DNA from: Eledone cirrhosa
Taxonomy: Eukaryota
Length of the DNA: 64,000 nucleotides
Reading direction: 5' to 3'
NCBI GenBank assembly: GCA_964016885.1
Contig: OZ024743.1
Coordinates: 47,926,001 to 47,990,000 of the forward strand
The translations under genes were made by a program, and so were the position numbers. Positions 49,061 to 61,829 of the stretch are shown here, piece by piece. How positions within the stretch are numbered: the stretch's first letter is position 1; the number at the start of each line of letters is the position of its first letter. The notes beneath the pieces were generated by a model, which worked only from the letters and a program-made list of their open reading frames with translations, was not told the DNA's origin and made no database searches.

Positions 49061-52000
49061 CCAGATAGGTTAATAATATATATTACACAACTTAAATCAT
49101 CACATCCACTACACCAGCTAGGTTCATATATATTACACAACTTAAATCATCACATCCACTACACCAGATAGGTTAACAATATATATTACACAACTTAAAT
49201 CATCACATCCACTACATCAGCTAGGTTAACAATATATATTACACAACTTAAATCATCACATCCACTACACCAAGTAGGTTAACAATATATATTACACAAC
49301 TTAAATCATCACATCCACTACAGCTAGGTTAACAATATATATTACTCAACTTAAATCATCACATCCACTACACCAGCTAGGTTAACAATCTATATTACAC
49401 AACTTAAATCATCACATCCACTACACCAGCTAGGTTAATATATATTACACAACGTAAATCATCACATCCACTACACCAGCTAGGTTAATATATATTACAC
49501 AACTTAAATCATCACATCCACTACACCATCTAGGTTAACAATATATATTACACAACTTAAATCATCACATCCACTACACCAGCCTGGTTAATATATATTA
49601 CACAACATAAATCATCACATCCACTACACCAGCTAGGTTAACAATATATATTACACAACTTAAATCATCACATCCCCTACACCAGCTAGGTTAACAATAT
49701 ATATTACACAACTTAAATCATCAGATCCACTACACCAGCTAGGTTAACAATCTATATTACTCAACTTAAATCATCACATCCACTACACCAGCTAGGTTAA
49801 CAATATATATTACACAACTTAAATCATCACATCCACTACATCAGCTAGGTTAACAATATATATTACACAACTTAAATCATCACATCCACTACACCAGCTA
49901 GGTTAACAATATATAGTACACAACGTAAATGATCACATCCACTACACCAGCTAGATTAATATATATTACACAACTTAAATCATCACATCCACTACACCAG
50001 CTAGGTTAACAATATATATTACACAACTTAAATCATCACATCCACTACATCAGCTAGGTTAACAATATATATTACACAACATAAATCATCACATCCACTA
50101 CACCAGCTATGTTAACAATATATATTACACAACTTAAATCATCACATCCACTACACCAGCTAGGTTAACAATATATATTACACAACTTAAATCATCACAT
50201 CCACTACACCAGCTAGGTTAACAATATATATTACACAACTTAAATGATCACATCCACTACACCAGCTAGGTTAATATATATTACACAACTTAAATCATCA
50301 CATCCACTACACCAGCTAGGTTAACAATCTATATTACTCAACTTAAATCATCACATCCACTACACCAGCTAGGTTAATATATATTACACAACTTAAATGA
50401 TCACATCCACTACACCAGCTAGGTTAATATATATTACACAACTTAAATCTTCACATCCACTACATCAGCTAGGTTAACAATATATATTACACAACTTAAA
50501 TCATCACATCCACTACACCAGCTAGGTTAACAATCTATATTACTCAACTTAAATCATCACATCCACTACACCAGCTAGGTTAACAATATATATTATACAA
50601 CTTAAATCATCACATCCACTACACCAGCTAGGTTAACAATATATATTACACAACTTAAATCATCACATCCACTACACCAGCTAGGTTAACAATATATATT
50701 ACTCAACTTAAATTATCACATCCACTACACCAGCTAGGTTAACAATCTATATTACTCAATTTAAATCATCACATCCACTACACCAGCTAGGTTAACAATA
50801 TATATTACACAACTTAAATCATCACATCCACTACACCAGCTAGGTTAACAATATATGTTACTCAACTTAAATCATCACATCCACTACACCAGCTAGGTTA
50901 ACAATCTATATTACACAACTTAAATCATCACATCCACTACACCAGCTAGGTTAATATATATTACACAACGTAAATCATCACATCCACTACACCAGCTAGG
51001 TTAATATATATTACACAACTTAAATGATCACATCCACTACACCAGCTAGGTTAACATATATTACACAACTTAAATCATCACATCCACTACATCAGCTAGG
51101 TTAACAATATATATTACACAACTTAAATCATCACATCCACTACACCAGCTAGGTTAACAATATATAGTACACAACTTAAAACATCAAATCCACTACACCA
51201 GCTAGGTTAACAATATATATTACACAACTTAAATCATCACATCCACTACACCAGCTAGGTTAACAATCTATATTACTCAACTTAAATCATCACATCCACT
51301 ACACCAGCTAGGTTAACAATATATATTACACAACTTAAATCATCACATCCACTACATCAGCTAGGTTAACAATATATATTATACAACTTAAATCATCACA
51401 TCCACTACACCAGCTAGGTTAACAATATATATTACACAACTTAAATCATCACATCCACTACACCAGCTAGGTTAACAATATATATTACACAACTTAAATC
51501 ATCACTTCCACTACACCAGCTAGGTTAACAATATATATTACACAACTTAAATCATCACATCCACTACACCAGCTAGGTTAACAATATATATTACACAACT
51601 TAAATCATCACATCCACTACACCAAGTAGGTTAACAATATATATTACACAACTTAAATCATCACATCCACTACACCAGCTAGGTTAACAATATATATTAC
51701 ACAACTTAAATCATCACATCCACTACACCAGCTAGGTTAACAATATATATTACACAACTTAAATTATCACATCCACTACACCAGCTAGGTTAACAATATA
51801 TATTGCTCAACTTAAATCATCACATCCACTACACCAGCTAGGTTAACAATCTATATTACTCAACTTAAATCATCACCTCCACTACTCCAGCTAGGTTAAC
51901 AATATATATTACACAACTTAAATCATCACATCCACTACACCAGCTAGGTTCATATATATTACGCAACTTAAATCATCACTTCCACTACACCAGATAGGTT

Positions 52001-54781
52001 AACAATATATATTACACAACTTAAATCATCACATCCACTACACCAGCTAGGTTCATATATATTACACAACTTAAATCATCACATCCACTACACCAGATAG
52101 GTTAACAATCTATATTACACAACTTAAATCATCACATCCACTACATCAGCTAGGTTAACAATATATATTACACAACTTAAATCATCACATCCACTACACC
52201 AAGTAGGTTAACAATATATATTACACAACTTAAATCATCACATCCACTACACCAGCTAGGTTAACAATATATATTACTCAACCTAAATCATCACATCCAC
52301 TACACCAGCTAGGTTAACAATATATATTATACAACTTAAATCATCACATCCACTACTCCAGCTTGGTTAACAATATATATTACACAACTTAAATCATCAC
52401 ATCCACTACACCAGCTAGGTTCATATATATTATGCAACTTAAATCATCACATCCACTACACCAGATAGGTTAATAATATATATTACACAACTTAAATCAT
52501 CACATCCACTACACCAGCTAGGTTCATATATATTACACAACTTAAATCATCACATCCACTACACCAGATAGGTTAACAATATATATTACACAACTTAAAT
52601 CATCACATCCACTACATCAGCTAGGTTAACAATATATATTACACAACTTAAATCATCACATCCACTACACCAAGTAGGTTAACAATATATATTACACAAC
52701 TTAAATCATCACATCCACTACAGCTAGGTTAACAATATATATTACTCAACTTAAATCATCACATCCACTACACCAGCTAGGTTAACAATCTATATTACAC
52801 AACTTAAATCATCACATCCACTACACCAGCTAGGTTAATATATATTACACAACGTAAATCATCACATCCACTACACCAGCTAGGTTAATATATATTACAC
52901 AACTTAAATCATCACATCCACTACACCATCTAGGTTAACAATATATATTACACAACTTAAATCATCACATCCACTACACCAGCCTGGTTAATATATATTA
53001 CACAACATAAATCATCACATCCACTACACCAGCTAGGTTAACAATATATATTACACAACTTAAATCATCACATCCCCTACACCAGCTAGGTTAACAATAT
53101 ATATTACACAACTTAAATCATCAGATCCACTACACCAGCTAGGTTAACAATCTATATTACTCAACTTAAATCATCACATCCACTACACCAGCTAGGTTAA
53201 CAATATATATTACACAACTTAAATCATCACATCCACTACATCAGCTAGGTTAACAATATATATTACACAACTTAAATCATCACATCCACTACACCAGCTA
53301 GGTTAACAATATATAGTACACAACGTAAATGATCACATCCACTACACCAGCTAGATTAATATATATTACACAACTTAAATCATCACATCCACTACACCAG
53401 CTAGGTTAACAATATATATTACACAACTTAAATCATCACATCCACTACATCAGCTAGGTTAACAATATATATTACACAACATAAATCATCACATCCACTA
53501 CACCAGCTATGTTAACAATATATATTACACAACTTAAATCATCACATCCACTACACCAGCTAGGTTAACAATATATATTACACAACTTAAATCATCACAT
53601 CCACTACACCAGCTAGGTTAACAATATATATTACACAACTTAAATGATCACATCCACTACACCAGCTAGGTTAATATATATTACACAACTTAAATCATCA
53701 CATCCACTACACCAGCTAGGTTAACAATCTATATTACTCAACTTAAATCATCACATCCACTACACCAGCTAGGTTAATATATATTACACAACTTAAATGA
53801 TCACATCCACTACACCAGCTAGGTTAATATATATTACACAACTTAAATCTTCACATCCACTACATCAGCTAGGTTAACAATATATATTACACAACTTAAA
53901 TCATCACATCCACTACACCAGCTAGGTTAACAATCTATATTACTCAACTTAAATCATCACATCCACTACACCAGCTAGGTTAACAATATATATTATACAA
54001 CTTAAATCATCACATCCACTACACCAGCTAGGTTAACAATATATATTACACAACTTAAATCATCACATCCACTACACCAGCTAGGTTAACAATATATATT
54101 ACTCAACTTAAATTATCACATCCACTACACCAGCTAGGTTAACAATCTATATTACTCAATTTAAATCATCACATCCACTACACCAGCTAGGTTAACAATA
54201 TATATTACACAACTTAAATCATCACATCCACTACACCAGCTAGGTTAACAATATATGTTACTCAACTTAAATCATCACATCCACTACACCAGCTAGGTTA
54301 ACAATCTATATTACACAACTTAAATCATCACATCCACTACACCAGCTAGGTTAATATATATTACACAACGTAAATCATCACATCCACTACACCAGCTAGG
54401 TTAATATATATTACACAACTTAAATGATCACATCCACTACACCAGCTAGGTTAACATATATTACACAACTTAAATCATCACATCCACTACATCAGCTAGG
54501 TTAACAATATATATTACACAACTTAAATCATCACATCCACTACACCAGCTAGGTTAACAATATATAGTACACAACTTAAAACATCAAATCCACTACACCA
54601 GCTAGGTTAACAATATATATTACACAACTTAAATCATCACATCCACTACACCAGCTAGGTTAACAATCTATATTACTCAACTTAAATCATCACATCCACT
54701 ACACCAGCTAGGTTAACAATATATATTACACAACTTAAATCATCACATCCACTACATCAGCTAGGTTAACAATATATATTA
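47960..54781. repeat. Tandem duplication, period 3400 bp (shortened derivative of the 4032-bp unit)
   Basis: ATTGCTC 48405/51805, TCAGATCC 49724/53124 and a private 3-bp deletion CCACTA^CAGCT at 49321/52721 are all offset 3400. Confidence 0.9.
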
Positions 54782-57700
54782 CACAACATAAATCATCACA
54801 TCCACTACACCAAGTAGGTTAACAATATATATTACACAACTTAAATCATCACATCCACTACACCAGCTAGGTTAACAATATATATTACTCAACTTAAATC
54901 ATCACATCCACTACACCAGCTAGGTTAACAATATATATTATACAACTTAAATCATCACATCCACTACACCAGCTAGGTTAACAATATATATTACACAACT
55001 TAAATCATCACATCCACTACACCAGCTAGGTTAACAATATATATTACACAACTTAAATCATCACTTCCACTACACCAGCTAGGTTAACAATATATATTAC
55101 ACAACTTAAATCATCACATCCACTACACCAGCTAGGTTAACAATATATATTACACAACTTAAATCATCACATCCACTACACCAAGTAGGTTAACAATATA
55201 TATTACACAACTTAAATCATCACATCCACTACACCAGCTAGGTTAACAATATATATTACACAACTTAAATCATCACATCCACTACACCAGCTAGGTTAAC
55301 AATATATATTACACAACTTAAATTATCACATCCACTACACCAGCTAGGTTAACAATATATATTGCTCAACTTAAATCATCACATCCACTACACCAGCTAG
55401 GTTAACAATCTATATTACTCAACTTAAATCATCACCTCCACTACTCCAGCTAGGTTAACAATATATATTACACAACTTAAATCATCACATCCACTACACC
55501 AGCTAGGTTCATATATATTACGCAACTTAAATCATCACTTCCACTACACCAGATAGGTTAACAATATATATTACACAACTTAAATCATCACATCCACTAC
55601 ACCAGCTAGGTTCATATATATTACACAACTTAAATCATCACATCCACTACACCAGATAGGTTAACAATCTATATTACACAACTTAAATCATCACATCCAC
55701 TACATCAGCTAGGTTAACAATATATATTACACAACTTAAATCATCACATCCACTACACCAAGTAGGTTAACAATATATATTACACAACTTAAATCATCAC
55801 ATCCACTACACCAGCTAGGTTAACAATATATATTACTCAACCTAAATCATCACATCCACTACACCAGCTAGGTTAACAATATATATTATACAACTTAAAT
55901 CATCACATCCACTACTCCAGCTTGGTTAACAATATATATTACACAACTTAAATCATCACATCCACTACACCAGCTAGGTTCATATATATTATGCAACTTA
56001 AATCATCACATCCACTACACCAGATAGGTTAATAATATATATTACACAACTTAAATCATCACATCCACTACACCAGCTAGGTTCATATATATTACACAAC
56101 TTAAATCATCACATCCACTACACCAGATAGGTTAACAATATATATTACACAACTTAAATCATCACATCCACTACATCAGCTAGGTTAACAATATATATTA
56201 CACAACTTAAATCATCACATCCACTACACCAAGTAGGTTAACAATATATATTACACAACTTAAATCATCACATCCACTACACCAGCTAGGTTAACAATAT
56301 ATATTACTCAACTTAAATCATCACATCCACTACACCAGCTAGGTTAACAATCTATATTACACAACTTAAATCATCACATCCACTACACCAGCTAGGTTAA
56401 TATATATTACACAACGTAAATCATCACATCCACTACACCAGCTAGGTTAATATATATTACACAACTTAAATCATCACATCCACTACACCATCTAGGTTAA
56501 CAATATATATTACACAACTTAAATCATCACATCCACTACACCAGCCTGGTTAATATATATTACACAACATAAATCATCACATCCACTACACCAGCTAGGT
56601 TAACAATATATATTACACAACTTAAATCATCACATCCCCTACACCAGCTAGGTTAACAATCTATATTACTCAACTTAAATCATCACATCCACTACACCAG
56701 CTAGGTTAACAATATATATTACACAACTTAAATGATCACATCCACTACACCAGCTAGGTTAATATATATTACACAACTTAAATCATCACATCCACTACAC
56801 CAGCTAGGTTAACAATCTATATTACTCAACTTAAATCATCACATCCACTACACCAGCTAGGTTAATATATATTACACAACTTAAATGATCACATCCACTA
56901 CACCAGCTAGGTTAATATATATTACACAACTTAAATCATCACATCCACTACATCAGCTAGGTTAACAATATATATTACACAACTTAAATCATCACATCCA
57001 CTACACCAGCTAGGTTAACAATATATAGTACACAACGTAAATGATCACATCCACTACACCAGCTAGATTAATATATATTACACAACTTAAATCATCACAT
57101 CCACTACACCAGCTAGGTTAACAATATATATTACACAACTTAAATCATCACATCCACTACATCAGCTAGGTTAACAATATATATTACACAACATAAATCA
57201 TCACATCCACTACACCAGCTATGTTAACAATATATATTACACAACTTAAATCATCACATCCACTACACCAGCTAGGTTAACAATATATATTACACAACTT
57301 AAATCATCACATCCACTACACCAGCTAGGTTAACAATATATATTACACAACTTAAATGATCACATCCACTACACCAGCTAGGTTAATATATATTACACAA
57401 CTTAAATCATCACATCCACTACACCAGCTAGGTTAACAATCTATATTACTCAACTTAAATCATCACATCCACTACACCAGCTAGGTTAATATATATTACA
57501 CAACTTAAATGATCACATCCACTACACCAGCTAGGTTAATATATATTACACAACTTAAATCTTCACATCCACTACATCAGCTAGGTTAACAATATATATT
57601 ACACAACTTAAATCATCACATCCACTACACCAGCTAGGTTAACAATCTATATTACTCAACTTAAATCATCACATCCACTACACCAGCTAGGTTAACAATA

Positions 57701-60700
57701 TATATTATACAACTTAAATCATCACATCCACTACACCAGCTAGGTTAACAATATATATTACACAACTTAAATCATCACATCCACTACACCAGCTAGGTTA
57801 ACAATATATATTACTCAACTTAAATTATCACATCCACTACACCAGCTAGGTTAACAATCTATATTACTCAATTTAAATCATCACATCCACTACACCAGCT
57901 AGGTTAACAATATATATTACACAACTTAAATCATCACATCCACTACACCAGCTAGGTTAACAATATATGTTACTCAACTTAAATCATCACATCCACTACA
58001 CCAGCTAGGTTAACAATCTATATTACACAACTTAAATCATCACATCCACTACACCAGCTAGGTTAATATATATTACACAACGTAAATCATCACATCCACT
58101 ACACCAGCTAGGTTAATATATATTACACAACTTAAATGATCACATCCACTACACCAGCTAGGTTAACATATATTACACAACTTAAATCATCACATCCACT
58201 ACATCAGCTAGGTTAACAATATATATTACACAACTTAAATCATCACATCCACTACACCAGCTAGGTTAACAATATATAGTACACAACTTAAAACATCAAA
58301 TCCACTACACCAGCTAGGTTAACAATATATATTACACAACTTAAATCATCACATCCACTACACCAGCTAGGTTAACAATCTATATTACTCAACTTAAATC
58401 ATCACATCCACTACACCAGCTAGGTTAACAATATATATTACACAACTTAAATCATCACATCCACTACATCAGCTAGGTTAACAATATATATTACACAACA
58501 TAAATCATCACATCCACTACACCAAGTAGGTTAACAATATATATTACACAACTTAAATCATCACATCCACTACACCAGCTAGGTTAACAATATATATTAC
58601 TCAACTTAAATCATCACATCCACTACACCAGCTAGGTTAACAATATATATTATACAACTTAAATCATCACATCCACTACACCAGCTAGGTTAACAATATA
58701 TATTACACAACTTAAATCATCACATCCACTACACCAGCTAGGTTAACAATATATATTACACAACTTAAATCATCACTTCCACTACACCAGCTAGGTTAAC
58801 AATATATATTACACAACTTAAATCATCACATCCACTACACCAGCTAGGTTAACAATATATATTACACAACTTAAATCATCACATCCACTACACCAAGTAG
58901 GTTAACAATATATATTACACAACTTAAATCATCACATCCACTACACCAGCTAGGTTAACAATATATATTACACAACTTAAATCATCACATCCACTACACC
59001 AGCTAGGTTAACAATATATATTACACAACTTAAATTATCACATCCACTACACCAGCTAGGTTAACAATATATATTGCTCAACTTAAATCATCACATCCAC
59101 TACACCAGCTAGGTTAACAATCTATATTACTCAACTTAAATCATCACCTCCACTACTCCAGCTAGGTTAACAATATATATTACACAACTTAAATCATCAC
59201 ATCCACTACACCAGCTAGGTTCATATATATTACGCAACTTAAATCATCACTTCCACTACACCAGATAGGTTAACAATATATATTACACAACTTAAATCAT
59301 CACATCCACTACACCAGCTAGGTTCATATATATTACACAACTTAAATCATCACATCCACTACACCAGATAGGTTAACAATCTATATTACACAACTTAAAT
59401 CATCACATCCACTACATCAGCTAGGTTAACAATATATATTACACAACTTAAATCATCACATCCACTACACCAAGTAGGTTAACAATATATATTACACAAC
59501 TTAAATCATCACATCCACTACACCAGCTAGGTTAACAATATATATTACTCAACCTAAATCATCACATCCACTACACCAGCTAGGTTAACAATATATATTA
59601 TACAACTTAAATCATCACATCCACTACTCCAGCTTGGTTAACAATATATATTACACAACTTAAATCATCACATCCACTACACCAGCTAGGTTCATATATA
59701 TTATGCAACTTAAATCATCACATCCACTACACCAGATAGGTTAATAATATATATTACACAACTTAAATCATCACATCCACTACACCAGCTAGGTTCATAT
59801 ATATTACACAACTTAAATCATCACATCCACTACACCAGATAGGTTAACAATATATATTACACAACTTAAATCATCACATCCACTACATCAGCTAGGTTAA
59901 CAATATATATTACACAACTTAAATCATCACATCCACTACACCAAGTAGGTTAACAATATATATTACACAACTTAAATCATCACATCCACTACACCAGCTA
60001 GGTTAACAATATATATTACTCAACTTAAATCATCACATCCACTACACCAGCTAGGTTAACAATCTATATTACACAACTTAAATCATCACATCCACTACAC
60101 CAGCTAGGTTAATATATATTACACAACGTAAATCATCACATCCACTACACCAGCTAGGTTAATATATATTACACAACTTAAATCATCACATCCACTACAC
60201 CATCTAGGTTAACAATATATATTACACAACTTAAATCATCACATCCACTACACCAGCCTGGTTAATATATATTACACAACATAAATCATCACATCCACTA
60301 CACCAGCTAGGTTAACAATATATATTACACAACTTAAATCATCACATCCCCTACACCAGCTAGGTTAACAATATATATTACACAACTTAAATCATCAGAT
60401 CCACTACACCAGCTAGGTTAACAATCTATATTACTCAACTTAAATCATCACATCCACTACACCAGCTAGGTTAACAATATATATTACACAACTTAAATCA
60501 TCACATCCACTACATCAGCAAAGGTTAACAATATATATTACACAACTTAAATCATCACATCCACTACACCAGCTATGTTAACAATATATATTACACAACT
60601 TAAATCATCACATCCACTACACCAGCTTGGTTAACAATATATATTACACAACTTAAATCATCACATCCACTACATCAGCAAAGGTTAACAATATATATTA

Positions 60701-61800
60701 CACAACTTAAATCATCACATCCACTACACCAGCTAGGTTAACAATATATATTACACAACTTAAATGATCACATCCACTACACCAGCTAGGTTAATATATA
60801 TTACACAACTTAAATCATCACATCCACTACACCAGCTAGGTTAACAATCTATATTACTCAACTTAAATCATCACATCCACTACACCAGCTAGGTTAATAT
60901 ATATTACACAACTTAAATGATCACATCCACTACACCAGCTAGGTTAATATATATTACACAACTTAAATCATCACATCCACTACATCAGCTAGGTTAACAA
61001 TATATATTACACAACTTAAATCATCACATCCACTACACCAGCTAGGTTAACAATATATAGTACACAACGTAAATGATCACATCCACTACACCAGCTAGAT
61101 TAATATATATTACACAACTTAAATCATCACATCCACTACACCAGCTAGGTTAACAATATATATTACACAACTTAAATCATCACATCCACTACATCAGCTA
61201 GGTTAACAATATATATTACACAACATAAATCATCACATCCACTACACCAGCTATGTTAACAATATATATTACACAACTTAAATCATCACATCCACTACAC
61301 CAGCTAGGTTAACAATATATATTACACAACTTAAATCATCACATCCACTACACCAGCTAGGTTAACAATATATATTACACAACTTAAATGATCACATCCA
61401 CTACACCAGCTAGGTTAATATATATTACACAACTTAAATCATCACATCCACTACACCAGCTAGGTTAACAATCTATATTACTCAACTTAAATCATCACAT
61501 CCACTACACCAGCTAGGTTAATATATATTACACAACTTAAATGATCACATCCACTACACCAGCTAGGTTAATATATATTACACAACTTAAATCTTCACAT
61601 CCACTACATCAGCTAGGTTAACAATATATATTACACAACTTAAATCATCACATCCACTACACCAGCTAGGTTAACAATCTATATTACTCAACTTAAATCA
61701 TCACATCCACTACACCAGCTAGGTTAACAATATATATTATACAACTTAAATCATCACATCCACTACACCAGCTAGGTTAACAATATATATTACACAACTT
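54782..61800. repeat. Further copies of the right-domain higher-order unit (one with a 6-monomer deletion, one full length)
   Basis: ATTGCTC at 55364 and 59076 (spacing 3712). The segment ~57,760-61,800 matches ~35,200-39,250 at offset 22,556 (36520/59076, 37842/60398, 35258/57814). Confidence 0.87.
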
Positions 61801-61829
61801 AAATCATCACATCCACTACACCAGCTAGG

